The notes under the pieces were generated by a model that searched no databases, was not told the DNA's origin, and was given only the letters and a program-made list of their open reading frames with translations. The position numbers were made by a program, and so were the translations under genes. A stretch of DNA of 53,614 nucleotides, counting the filler, from Trypethelium eluteriae (lineage: Eukaryota): the NCBI GenBank assembly GCA_051942245.1. It is 2 parts of 2 records of this genome, joined end to end, with 100 filler letters (N's around TTAATTAATTAA, not from the genome) between each part and the next. Parts side by side here need not be neighbours in the genome. Positions count along the whole stretch, not along the records: positions 1 to 26,764 come from JAVECL010000344.1; positions 26,865 to 53,614 come from JAVECL010000345.1. One strand, given 5' to 3'. This document shows positions 22,946-35,795 of the stretch, piece after piece. Each line of letters begins with the position of its first letter. Position 1 is the first letter of the stretch.

Positions 22946-25420
22946 ATGGTTCAATCCTCAATTCTCGGCTTTCCCCGCATGGGGAGGCTCCGTGACTTGA
23001 AGAAAGCTTGCGAAGCCTACTGGGGCGGCAAGCTCTCTCAGGAAGACTTGCTCAAAGAAGGCAAGCGGCTGCGGCTGGAGCACTGGAAGATTCAAAAGGA
23101 TGCTGGCGTCGACATAATCCCAAGCAACGATTTTGCTTTCTACGATCATGTCTTGGACCACATCCAGATGTTCAACGTGAGTCCTCATCACCCCGTTTGT
23201 TCGATTTGGAGAATTCGCTAACTCATCGGATGCTCAGGTCATTCCAGAAAGATATTCCAAGCACAAGCTCGACCCCATTGATGAGTACTTTGCCATGGGC
23301 CGAGGACACCAGAAGAACGGAGTTGACGTTTCAGCTTTGGTTGGTACCCCTCATTTTCTTGGCTACACATCTGAAGCTAACAACGGGAACAGGAAATGGT
23401 AAAGTGGTTTGATTCCAACTACCACTACGTCAAGCCTACATTCCAAGACAATCAAACTTTCAAGCTTGCCTCAAACCCCAAGGCTGTCGCCGAGTTCAAG
23501 GAAGCTAAAGAAGCCGGCATCACTACTCGTCCCGTTGTTTTGGGACCGGTCTCATTCCTTGCTCTCGGTAAAGCTGATCGTGGACAATCCGTCGAACCCA
23601 TTTCCCTATTGGACAAGGTTCTTCCAGTCTACGAGGAATTGCTGCAAGCTTTGAAAGCAGCTGGTGCCGAGACTGTTCAGATCGATGAGCCAGTCTTGGT
23701 CTTTGACTTGCTGCCAAAGGTCAAGGATGCATTCAAGCCCGCCTACCAGAAGCTCTCCGCCCTTGGTGCCAAGGGTCCTCAACTTGTTCTCGCCACATAT
23801 TTCGGTGACATCATCCACAATTTTGATGTTATCCCTGCCTTGCAGTCTCTCTATGCACTCCATGTCGACCTCGTCCGTCACCCAGAACAGCTTGAAAGCG
23901 TTATCCAACAGCTTGGACCCAAGCAGATCCTGTCAGCTGGTGTCGTAGATGGTCGGAACATTTGGAAGACAAACTTCAAGAAAGCCATAGAAGTTGTCGA
24001 GTCGGCAATTCAGAAACTTGGGAAGGATCGTGTCATTGTTGCAACCTCAAGCTCTCTTCTCCATACTCCCCACACACTTGCGAGTGAGAAGCAGTTGCCT
24101 GAGGAAGTCAAGGACTGGTTCTCATTTGCCTCTGAAAAAGCTGGAGAGGTTACCGTCATTGCCAAGGCGGTCACTGATGGACCTGCTTCTGTTCGCGAGC
24201 AACTCGAAAGCAATGCGAAGTCGATGCAAGCACGTGCATCGTCAAAACGCACCAACGATCCCCAAGTCAAGGATCGTCAATCCAAAGTCACTAGCGCCAT
24301 GCACGACCGCAAGTCTCCTTTCCCTCAGCGCTATGCTCAGCAGAAGGAGAAGCTCAATCTCCCGCTCTTCCCCACCACCACCATTGGCTCCTTCCCACAG
24401 ACTAGCGAAATTCGTGTCCAGCGAAACAAATTCACCAAAGGGGAGATCACGGCTAAGGAGTACGAAGCCTTCATTGAGAAGGAAATTCAAGACGTTGTCA
24501 AGATCCAGGACGAGCTAGATCTTGATGTGTATGTCCATGGCGAGCCCGAGCGAAACGACATGGTGCAATACTTTGGCGAACGACTTGAGGGCTACGTCTT
24601 CACCACACATGCCTGGGTCCAGTCCTATGGCTCACGATGTGTTCGTCCTCCCATCATCGTCGGTGACATTTCACGCCCTGCCCCTATGACAGTCAAGGAG
24701 TCCAAGTACGCTGCTTCCATCTCTAAGAAGCCAATGAAGGGCATGCTTACAGGCCCAATCACATGTCTCCGGTGGTCTTTCCCCCGCGATGATGTTCACC
24801 AGAGCATTCAAGCACAGCAGCTTGCTCTTGCCCTTCGAGATGAGGTTGTCGACTTGGAAGCCGCTGGCATCTTTGTCATCCAGGTCGATGAGCCTGCTCT
24901 CCGTGAGGGTCTCCCCCTTCGCGCAGGCCGCGAACGTGAGAACTACCTTTCGTGGGCGGTTGACAGTTTCAAGTTGTCCACCGCTGGCGTTCAAGATTCA
25001 ACCCAGATCCACTCTCACTTCTGCTACTCCGAATTCCAGGACTTCTTCCACGCCATTGCCGCTCTTGACGCTGATGTCTTGAGTATCGAGAACAGCAAGT
25101 CCGATGCCAAACTGTTGAGGGTATTTGTCGACCAAGCCTACCCTCGGCACATTGGCCCGGGTGTCTACGACATTCACAGCCCTCGTGTGCCAAGCGAGGA
25201 GGAGATCAAGGGACGGATTGAGGAGATGTTGCAGTAAGCTCCTGCCTTTCTCAAACTCATCGCATTCATCCCGCTAACGTAAGAAACCAGATACCTCAAG
25301 CCGGATCAACTTTGGATCAATCCCGACTGCGGTCTCAAGACCCGCCAGTGGAAGGAGACCAAAGCTGCCCTTGGAAACATGGTCAACGCGGCCAAGTATT
25401 TCCGAGGAAAACACACCTAA
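22946..25420 (+). CDS. MET6: Cobalamin-independent methionine synthase
   Basis: [49 protein letters not shown], Zn-binding HSHFCYSEF and [11 protein letters not shown]. Introns 23177-23237, 23340-23392, 25234-25290. Confidence 0.98.
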
Positions 25421-26149
25421 TAATTCACTAATCTCTCGACCACTCTGCGTGGACGCGAGCTGCTAGCCTCAACAGCTACAGTCACGATGAATAGGTTTAA
25501 TGACAGGCATGTGCCATGCATTTTGAGTTTTCAACAGCCATATATCATGATGGGATGGCGTCGTGCCGCATGGTTTGGAGCAGGGTTCGCTTCAACATTG
25601 ACGGGTCTCACTCATCTGGAGATCTTGTAGACAACATCTAGAGATGTCTACGCGCCTGAATGGGGCGCTTCAAAAGCTTTACACGCTCAACGCGTGTTTT
25701 CTCATCTGTCTTCTTACAATTAATACTATACTTTGTGCATAAGGCTCTGGCAAGAGCAACTTCATAGATACCCAAATTCAACAGGGACAATTGGTTGGAA
25801 GATCTTACCGTACACCTTTAGTCCTGGCAAGCTGTAGAGTGTCAGTAAGAGTGAATCGCCAAGCTTTGCCAAAAGCTCCAATATAGAAAGCTAAGGTAGT
25901 GAACTCATCATCGGTCGTTGTACATGTTTCCACAGCCAGCTCGTGATACGAGTGCAATACTTATTGTGTATCAAGTCTTTAATGCTGGACGTAAAGACGT
26001 GTTCGGGCAGCAATTGCCCTTGTGATACCTTGCTTCTTCCCTGAGATGATGTCCCACTATGGTTTTTTTTTTCCTAATAGAGTAATTTGATTGTAGAACC
26101 AGGACTACAGCGATGTGAACCAAAACCACAAATCATCGCCTGGTCGGCC

Positions 26150-26764
26150 ATGGCATTATCAAACTCAGATATGCCATCTCGCCTCTCGCGTCTCCGCTCT
26201 CAAGTTCCAGATCTCACCTCCGCCTTCCATACTTTCCAGTCCAGCTCATCGTCTTTTAGCATCCTACGTACCATTAACGCCCCCAATCCTACCAGTGTCC
26301 CCAAGACCCTCTTCATTCTCGACTCCTCCTTCAACCCACCCTCCCGCGCCCATCTTGAGCTTGCGACATCTGTTTTCAAAGAAGCCAAAGAGCGGAATGG
26401 AGGTCAACCAAAATACACGAGGCCTTGGCGACTCCTCCTCCTCTTCAGCACACACAATGCCGACAAAGCCCCTAGCGCCGCGACTTTCGAACAGCGCCTC
26501 GCCCTGATGTGCATCCTCGCCGAAGACATCATTGAATCACTCCGTAACCCCAACCTCACCACCTCCTCATCCCCAACCCCAGTCAACCCCCGCCAAGCAG
26601 CACCCGACTCCTCCGACCCAGTTCCCGTCGACCTCCCCATCGACATCGGCGTCACCACGCAACCCTACTACACCGACAAATCCAGCGCCATCGCCTCCGT
26701 CTCCTCCTCCGCCTCTACCTCTGCCTCGTCCTCCTCCACCCCATACCCCGCGCCCCCGAACCAC
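26150..26764 (+). CDS. Nucleotidyltransferase (cytidylyltransferase/NMNAT-like, yeast POF1-type), 3' end lost in the gap
   Basis: LFILDSSFNPPSRAH (HxGH-like motif), LLLLFSTHNADK, FEQRLALM and IDIGVTTQPYYTDKS. Confidence 0.8.
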
Positions 26765-26864
26765 NNNNNNNNNNNNNNNNNNNNNNNNNNNNNNNNNNNN
26801 NNNNNNNNTTAATTAATTAANNNNNNNNNNNNNNNNNNNNNNNNNNNNNNNNNNNNNNNNNNNN
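26765..26864. other. Artificial 100-bp assembly gap: 44 N + TTAATTAATTAA + 44 N
   Basis: Palindromic six-frame-stop linker at 26809-26820, centred in the N run. Confidence 0.95.
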
Positions 26865-27350
26865 GGGTGAGTTTGTGGTGTCGTGATGGGAGAGGGATGC
26901 GATATGCTGTGTTATCGGACGATTGTAGAGTCATTGCATCACGTAAGTGGCGTGGGAATTGGCGCATGTTATACGCCGCAAATGTGGGATGGGGCGATGC
27001 TTTCAGATGGAAGGGTGAGTGTGAAGGCTCCGATCACTTTTATGTATATATGTGAGGAAGAGGTATGGGATGGAATAAGCGTTCCAAGATCGAAGACTTT
27101 CATCAAAAGAGGTCACTTAACGAATACGAAGTAGATCACTTTGTCCTGTGCGAAGTGGAAATGCATAGACTTGGTATAGACTAGAAGTCTATTTCCTGTG
27201 ATCTTGAAAGATGTTGTTACAGCCGAATCTCTGCATGTAGATGTACAGAGCGAAATCCAAATATACAAAGTCTCCCGTAACGCCTCTTCCCCGTCCAAAA
27301 ATCTTGATGCCTATCGCACACGCCACCTATATTCCACCACTACGACACCT

Positions 27351-27801
27351 TCAATACATCTTTAATCGCTCGTTGTTGACGATATCTGCCCTGAGGTCCG
27401 ACCGTATTGGCTGAATAAGGGGATGTAGTTGCGCGAGAAAAGTTATGGCTGGAAGATTAGAGTTTAGCACACCAGATCCCGAATGAGCATCAATGATAGG
27501 TACTTCTTACCCCACATGAGGAAGCAAGAGGATGCAGAGAGTATGAGTGTTGAGCGCCAGACCCTGTAGAAGCGAAGCGTTAGTCAAACTTCTATCGCTG
27601 AATTTTAATCTAGAATTCAGTACGGTCGGGGGAGTGACATACGATCGATTCTCGCCCTTGGGAGCTGCAAACCAAGATACCAGGCAGAAGATGGCGACGA
27701 CAACGAAGCCAACAAGAAGACTCCACCTGGATTGCTGTTAGCTAACATGTTGACTAGATATAGCTTTGACATTTGAGCCGTCTTCCATACCCGTTTGCCA
27801 T
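27351..27801 (-). CDS. VMA9: V-ATPase V0 subunit e (81 aa), 4 exons
   Basis: Exons 27801-27791, 27726-27643, 27563-27511, 27448-27351 give MANGWSLLVGFVVVAIFCLVSWFAAPKGENRSVWRSTLILSASSCFLMWAITFLAQLHPLIQPIRSDLR...; PKG and C..LMWAI..LAQLHPLI.P are signatures of the family. Confidence 0.93.
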
Positions 27802-28816
27802 TGTGGACTGCAATGCCGAGCTTGTGACTAGATCGCCGTCACTTCTCGCCAGCAACTGGCATCAACTCCCTTACCGGCGACGACGTCGACGATCCGATGT
27901 TTTGCCGACGGCCGTGTTCCCTCCCCTCCCACCTCGCGAACTGGCTTTACTTTGCAATGTTCTTATTTGACACGAATGGCAAATGATTTCTTAATTTTTC
28001 GCCTTTCAAGCTTTCATTTCAAGCCTATTGACTGAATGTTCTTAAATATTACCGAAAACATGTGAGCTCATAGCTCGCGACACCGTGCGAATTACTTATA
28101 TTTCTGTGACCAAGATTTCCCTGATGGGACCAATAAGCAGCACTTGAGCTATCTCTTACAGAGGAATTTAACTGGAGTCATAGCCGATCACGAGACAAAG
28201 CTCGTACAGATTTCTACTTTTGGATTTTAGGGACTGTAACAGTGCCTGCTCAAGCTGTGGCGGTGCAGGTTCACGCTAGTCCTCGGCCACACCGGAATGA
28301 ACTTCAGCTCGCCTGAGTTCATCTTACCGGGCCTACTCCGTACATGTGCTACAGTTCTTGACCAATCTCTTCGAACGAGCTATCGGCCACTGTCCGCAAC
28401 TAGGGCTGCCTTGGCGTCGTGATGGCTCGCTTGTCATTGCTGAACCTTGCCCGTTCACCATATTGTCTATGGCAGGAGGCCGCAGCTCCTGCAGCTATTG
28501 TCGCGCCCTGATAATGATACCAGAGTTGGTCCTTCTAGCGTAATTACTTCGGGACGAAACCCTAGAGTTGTTTATTACACCAACTGACTCGGCATGTGGT
28601 CTCCGCCATAATGGTGGTACCAGTTATAGGCGCATACGTCCGCCTTATTTCCCGCAATATCATCATTTCACTACCCAAAAGCAGACTCCTATGCGTGTGG
28701 CTGTTTCTTAGCTTCAACACTTGTTATCTATATAGGTCTCCTCTCAATCAACTATCTCACGTTCAAATTCTATCAGAAGTCTCCAGCTCTTTCTCCATTT
28801 CACCACCTCGCCCATC

Positions 28817-29413
28817 ATGAAGACCTACAATATGTACTACACTGCCTCGCGCACCAACGTAACTCTCCATCTGGGCTCTTCTTCCACTCCATCCAGCTAC
28901 TATGCTGGCACCGCCCTCATGACCGCCTCACCAAGCGTCCGACTTCACTCCGGCGATCAATCTGGGCCTGTGCTCTCTATCGCTAAATTCCGTTGGACCT
29001 CGCGGCACTCACACCTCGCCCTTGGCGACCCCGACAAAGAACCCGAAACCGGAGACCAGACGGTGTGGGAGAAGATGACGAGAGAGAAGAACGTGCTGCG
29101 CCGGAGCGACTACACTTTTGCGACCTCGGCTGGATCAGATCTTGGGAAAAGGAGGGAGTTTAGGTGGAGTAAGGATACGGGGAAGCTGATGAGCAACGTG
29201 TATAATTGCCTGGACCAGGAAGGACAGGTCGTAGCGAGTATGCTTAGTGGAGGTTTCTTCAATTGGAAGAAGGGTGGAGAGATTGAGATAGATGATGGGT
29301 TGTCGAAGGAGTTGCAAGAGTTGCTGATTGTGAGTGCTTTGGGCATTTGGTGTGCGGAGGCGTGCTCGGCTATGACAAAAGGATATGGCGGTGGACACGA
29401 ACGATCCGATTGA
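28817..29413 (+). CDS. Intronless 198-aa fungal hypothetical protein (tubby-C/LURP-one-like or DUF6593-like beta fold, tentative)
   Basis: Good ATG context and TATA-like CTATATAG ~85 bp upstream. Pattern P.VRLH.G..SGPVL...REFRW...VVA......KKGGEIEI...ELLIVSAL is typical of such proteins. Confidence 0.8.
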   Translation: MKTYNMYYTASRTNVTLHLGSSSTPSSYYAGTALMTASPSVRLHSGDQSGPVLSIAKFRWTSRHSHLALGDPDKEPETGDQTVWEKMTREKNVLRRSDYTFATSAGSDLGKRREFRWSKDTGKLMSNVYNCLDQEGQVVASMLSGGFFNWKKGGEIEIDDGLSKELQELLIVSALGIWCAEACSAMTKGYGGGHERSD

Positions 29414-31806
29414 TGATATCAAGTACATCGTACAGCCTGACCGTCGAGTCTGATCAAGCTAAAGACACTCGAATTTTCCATTCAGAGACTGCGGCTTTTT
29501 CTCTCTAAAATCTTAGTCGCTCCTTCCATTCCCGAGGACACTCATCGACTTAGATAAATGCATGGGTCGATTGGTACAAGATGTAACCAATTTCGTCTTA
29601 TCTGATTTCATTATTCTGGAGCTGGAATACTTCGCGGAATACAGGGGTACCATATCGCACTGTCAGCAATTTAGAGCTGTATACCTGCAATGAAACAATG
29701 CCTTTTTGCCTTTTTCACTACTAGGAATCGCCAAGGTTGACGTCCGATACTATTAAGTCACGACATCCAGGACTATATGCAAGTCATCTTTAAATCATGA
29801 TCATATTTCTGAAGTTCTGGGCATTTCCAACGAATCATGGAGTATGAGATTGTGGAGAAAAGAAAATGAAGCTAGGGCGAGACTTGTTGTAGCGAAATAA
29901 GGTAGTGTAAGGTTCAAAATTCGTGTATTGATCGAACAACATCACTTCTAAGAAGCAGCAGTGCAATTGTGCTGCTCGGTTGGTAGGCGAACAATAAGTG
30001 GAAGAAGCTCGCGTATAGGGGGTCGCCGTGCGTTCGCCCGGCATGTGTTGCGGTACGAACAGTTCATCCTCTCGAGTTCAAAGGGTGGGGAAAGCAGCGA
30101 CTGGCCTTCGATGCTTTCGCAAGGGTGGCAGAGGCTGCTGCACGGCTTCTGTACTGTCAAGCTAACTAGACGATTCCTAAAACGACACTATCAAGACTGA
30201 AGGGAGACGGACGGTAGGATTTGAGTTCACCTAGCGTACGCACGCACCAGACATAAGGCATTTCGCTCTTCAGAGGCACAAGAGCTCAGGCGTCGATCAC
30301 TTGCCACGGCCTTATGGGACGCGGTAGGACGAGTCGCCGCATTTAGTCTGAATTTGTAAACACCGTAGAGGGGTAGGCTGAGTTTTGGCTTCCAATAGTG
30401 GGCTCCGCGTGCCACACAGTGCATGTCTCACCCATCTGCAGTTGAGAGGCCAATAAGATACAGGATGTCTCAGCAGATGGCAGCTATAGGCAGAATAGAC
30501 AAGCGCCGCACGGGAGTACATGGAGGACACAGATAATCTTACAAGCTGTTCAAGGGTCTGGACACCAGGACTCGGAGAAGATAGATCATTCTGCAAGACC
30601 CGCCCGTCTCTGGGTTTCCTTGAGGAGAAATTTTGATCGCTCGAAGTATGTCTATGGGACATCCGGTAAATAAGTCTCTACCATCGAAGGGCGGCTTACT
30701 GTTATCTTCGAGGACGGGACAATGTTTTGCTTGCTGAATTATGTTTGCGTAGTGGTAGCAAAGCATTCTTGGCAAAGACATGCCTGTCGACCCTGACAAG
30801 TGACAAGAGACGCATCGTTTCTGGTCATTAGATTGGCAGCAAGCTCGTTATCATCAGAAATTTGGGATGCTACTGGGACTGTCATTTGGTTGAAGTATTA
30901 TTGAGTAGAGTACCTACACTTTCAAGTGGCTATGTAAACTCTCGCTAGAGCTACTATATGTTGGTAGAGCCTGCACATAAAAAACGATAAAAAAAAAACA
31001 CAGAAAAATCTGCTTACCAGGCAGGGCTTACTATCTCTTCTTAGCTCACATCATACATCTACAGGAGTTGGCAAAAGAATTGTCGAGACTCCTGTATACT
31101 AGACAGCACGGTAGGATCTCTATCAAGTTGGAACTCCCTCTACGGAATGGCCATGTAGCTCGCTGTCTTAAACGCATCTATGACCTATCTCGGGTTCGTT
31201 GCGTACTTGGACGCTACAGCCTAGCTGGGACCATCTCGATTTGAACGTAGCCGCTTGACCTATTGGTATTCGGATTACGATATTCTCTTTAACATCCATG
31301 GTGCTTGCAAAGCCGATATAAGACGAGAAGGTACTCACTTGCTGCTGAATGGCATCCTATTTTGCTCCAACATCGCTCGTCTCACACATAGATACCATCA
31401 TCTAAAATCTTCCCCCCGTTTGATCAATCAATGCCTCGGCGCCGGACTTCGCAAGAGAGGAACGGGGACACTCTGGCAAGGAGGGGCTATGAGCCCCAGA
31501 CTTCTTCCTTCTCATGAGAAACAAAGATTATGCTCTCGGATCCCGTGGCTCGCCACGAAACTATGTACTTCGATGGCCTGTTCTGGCATACTCGTAGTTG
31601 ATGAAGTTTAGTCTGTTTAACGGTGGGTCAAGTTGTCCCTGGGGTCTATTGGACACACAGCCACCTTTGTGGGTCTCAGATGTATTGGTGGTGAGGACTT
31701 AATAAAGTCCCCACGGTAATCTATGCTTTTTTAGCCTTTCCTCAGTAACCAGGGTTATCCTTAACGAAGGCAGGGAATTGGGAGTGACACTTGCAAAAGC
31801 TTACCA

Positions 31807-32976
31807 ATGAATCATTCAAAGATATCGCCTCAGGAAGAGGAGGGAGAAGCAGCTCGCTCGAGTTGGTCATCCCCAAAGAACGACGAGAACTGGAAGTGGA
31901 ACATAAAGCCTCAGGTTCTCATCGGGCCGATTGTCGATATGGAGTCTGATACTGTTGTCACGAATGCTCAACGCGAGACTAATGATAGGGACTCTGTCTG
32001 TTCATGTGCCAAGTATTGTAAGGATTACTGGCACTTCACCTCGCAAGATGAGGCAGCCCTGAATATCGGCTGGACGCGCTCTCAATATCTTCATCGACCA
32101 GAACGGCCGGTATATGTAGGGGATACTGTCATCGCTCGAGAACCTCTCCATCGCAAAATGGACCTCTTCTCAAGAAGAAGGTCCAGATTCGTGGAGGTCT
32201 TTCGAGATAGGGCGAGGGTCCGGATACCAGGAAAATCCTATGACGGCGCCCGGACCGGAGATGCATCTTCTAGGCAAATGGCGCTCGGGTCTTCAAGTGC
32301 TAGTACGTGCGGCCAGAATGGTAGTGCTATCGACGTTGAGGAAAGAGACGAATGGGATGTGCAAGAGATTCTCCAAGTCTTGCAAGCGAGGTGAGTCCTT
32401 AGCGGCTGAGCAAGTTGAGGGCTCCCGGGATCAAGAAAACTAACTGTACACACCCACAGAGGTCTTGACGCGTATTGGAGTGGTCCCACGAAAGAAATTG
32501 TGCTCAATTCAACGGGTATTATCAGACCACCATACACTCTGGATGACTGCACCGTGCTGCCAAGCTTTCGCGAGGAAGGCTTTGACATCGCAACTGCGCA
32601 TTCATGGGTCAGGCATACTCTTCACAAAGCCCACAGGGACATCGAAAGCAGGCGCCGTATCAGCTCGCTCAAGACAGACAACCCGACCAGACAGAAAGAT
32701 ACGACGATGGCCGCGACATCGCTTCCAGATTTAAGTAGCGGACCTCGAGATCCACCGCTCCTGAATACATCAATGAATGGCCAGACTGTCGAGCAACCTA
32801 GGATACGTGCATCCTTAAGTGAACCCTCGATACCGGCGCTTGCAGGGCCCTCGAGGAACATGAGTGACATTCGGTTCCCGCTGCAACCTTATGAAGTGCC
32901 ACTTGGATCATTTCAAACAGACGATGAAGTACAGCTCTGGGAGATCTTTGAATCAGGTAGTGACGAAGGCTGTTGA
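31807..32976 (+). CDS. Hypothetical protein (~366 aa), 2 exons
   Basis: ORFs 31807-32394 and 32500-32976 join in frame through intron 32391-32459 (GTGAGT...ACTAAC...CAG). No family recognised. Confidence 0.65.
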
Positions 32977-33170
32977 CAGATTGCTTATGCGATATTAGAA
33001 CTATGAACGCCTCGCTTGATACATGTCATGACCAATATTACAAGTTTTTTTATGAGGCCGTTGCAACCTTTCCTGCTAGAATGCTATGCACGAAGAAAAT
33101 GCAACTTACAACTATTATTTCCAACAAGGTCAGTCCTTGGATCCGCCTCATAACTGAGTGCTCTGCTAAA

Positions 33171-34864
33171 TTATCGCATTGACGGCATGGCCGCCCTAAT
33201 CAACATCTTCGCTGCCTCTGTAGCCATTTCGGTTGGTGCTGCACTACTCTCGGTGCCGTTCACGCTGGTTGCATTGCCCTCACTGGGACCAGAGCCTTCA
33301 CTAGCTGTTTCCTCGCCTGGTTCAGGACTTGGGTAGTAGAAGGCGCACACTGCGATAAGGACGTATACGAACACACAAAGAGTGCCTTCAAGGTAATTGG
33401 ATTTCCCGTCCCTAAGGAAGTTGCCAACGACAATGATAGCAAGTATCAGGACGATAGCATCGAAAACCTCGAAGTTGAGGTTCATCTGAAGGCCGAGCCC
33501 CCAGCCAACAAGGATGACCAAGGGAGTGTTGAGAAGAGCAGTCTGAAGAGTGGCACCAAGGACATGGATAAGCGCGAAGTTTGCCTACAGAAATTATTAG
33601 TATCTGGTGATACCTTCGAGAGTAGAGAGCATACTTGATTATCCCATGCTTCGTCAATCGCAGTCAAATGCTCTGCAAACTTCTCCACTAGAGGCACGAG
33701 GATCAAGCCCATGAACGCGTCGGTGACTCCTCGCGATTCAATTATCGGCTCGATTTCCAGAACCAAGAACACTGCAATCATACTGACACATGCCAGCGCA
33801 ATAACCAAGGCCAGAACGCATTCCGTAAGTGTAAGCTTGTCTTTGGCAAGGTCCTTGTGCCTATCGGCATCTGCCTGTTCATCGGCTTCCAGAAGCTCAT
33901 CGTAAAGCCCATGGTGGGAGCGAAGCTGAAACCAAACATAGACGACGAAGGCGATGAGAAGAATGATAGCCGCAGCACGGGAGATTTCAGTCGTCTTCAT
34001 CGAGAGGTCCGCAGGAGAAAGACGGTCGGCGAGGGCAAAGTTATAGGCCACTGGGATGATAAGACCCACTAAACGAAGGAACTCCATGTCAGTCGAGACA
34101 ACACGTGCCAGAGACCATAAGCAAAACTTACTCCCCGCAACCAACAACAATCCATTCCCGACCTCACTAACCGCCTCATGAAAGACCTGCTCCTCCCTAA
34201 TCATCCCCCCAACAAAAAAGCACAACCCCAGACACAACAACAAATTCGCCAACACACTCCCCAGAATCGCCGCACGTATGACACCCAGGTAGCTGTCCGA
34301 CGAGGGCTCATTCTCCCTCTCCTTCGCCCGCTTAATCAACACCATAAACAGTATAATCTCCACCACACTCCCCAACGTCGTCTCCAGCACCACCCCCGCC
34401 ACCTTCGGCAGCTTCCGCGCGAGCTCCTGCCCCGCAAACCCAATCAGATTCGCGGCGGGCACCATCGCAATGTAGTTCAAGATAAAAATCACAAGGTGCC
34501 ATTCCGGACGCGCGAAGTGCACGGCGATGGCGGCGGGCACGACGGGCCACAGCACGTTGACGAGCGCGGACGCGCTGGAGGTGCTGCGCAGCACGATCCG
34601 GATGAAGTGTAAGGGGTGCACGCCGCGTCGCCCGGATTCGCCGTCGGGTTGGATCCCGCGCGTTACCTTGTGCCCTTTGTGGTTGTAGATTGGGAGGTGG
34701 TGCGAGTGGTGCGGGTGCTGCTCGGCGGAGAGGTTGCCGGGTTCGCCGGGGGTGGAGTCGGATTTGGGCTCGACGGAGGAGGACTCGGGGCGTGGGCGTT
34801 TGTTGCGGCGGAGGAAGTGGAAGCCGGTGTCGGCGGTGGGTGGTGGTTTTGGTCGGGTGGTCAT
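33171..34864 (-). CDS. Ca2+/H+ exchanger, CAX/Vcx1 family
   Basis: Many hydrophobic helices; alpha-repeat motifs TLGSVVEIIL, AAILGSVLANLLL, GLILVPLVEKFAEH and DGKSNYLEG. Introns 34069-34131 and 33585-33634. Confidence 0.93.
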
Positions 34865-34999
34865 GTTGATGGGAGGGAGATGGGGACTGGTGGTTGGGAT
34901 TGGGATTTGTGTGAGGTTTTGGTGGAACTCTGGGCCTGGAGGCAAGAGGGAGGTAGATTATGAGGAAGTTGTTCCGTACAATTCGAGGCGGTCAGTCTG

Positions 35000-35291
35000 G
35001 CCAAGGTTTGTGGCTGTTTGGTAGATATGCCAAGACGAAGGGAGGTGGCAGCTGGGCGGTCAAGCACACTTCGAATCGAACACTGTACTTGGAGATGCGT
35101 GAGAGAAGGAACGAATGAAGTCAATTGTGAATTCAAAAGAGAGGTAACTAAGTGTTAAGGAGAGTCAGACAGCGAAAGACAAGCAGATCGAGGCCGTGCC
35201 ACGTTGGAGAGATGAAGTGGGCCTTGCCATAGGTGAGCAGCTGCGCCAGCAAATGTAGCGAACCAGACCCGCACAGCCAAGAAATGCCAAG
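35000..35291. promoter_or_regulatory. Four PacC/Rim101 consensus sites (GCCAAG) plus Crz1-like motifs upstream of the CAX gene
   Basis: GCCAAG at 35000, 35029, 35276 and 35286; GTGGCTG at 35010; CACAGCC at 35272. Confidence 0.55.
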
Positions 35292-35795
35292 ACAATCTCA
35301 AACAGGAAAATTTATCGAAAGCTGAAATCGAGTCTAACGCCACCAGAGGCGCCAAAAAAAAATCCATTTTCTGCGAGGAGGTAAGGAACCCTCTCAAACT
35401 GAGGAGCCATGAAGTTGGGCCGTGGATGGAAAACTGGTGTCTCGAGAGATCTGGGTAATTGCCATTTCAGGTAAGCGTACGGCACACGCTAGTGGCTTCC
35501 TCAGGGGTTTCGATGTGACGTGATATGAAGGATGATACCTCACCTTATTGAGGCAACTTCTTGCTTGAAGTCGACATGAAAAAGGCATGGCTTATTTTGT
35601 TGAAAGATATTCGAAGAGTATCGACAATCCTAGCTAATGAAATACTTCTTTCAGAAAGTGAACAAATTGCCACAATAACATCTCATTACTTCCATCCAAG
35701 ACCCTGCACGCCTTACTCCCGAATCTCATAATTAGTATCAACTTTATCTGAAATTTTCTGCTTGGTCCGGCCTGAGACTTCTCATTGTCGATATG

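Noticed and set aside
26809..26820. Perfect palindrome TTAATTAATTAA as a biological site
   Set aside because: Centred in an N run; assembly linker.
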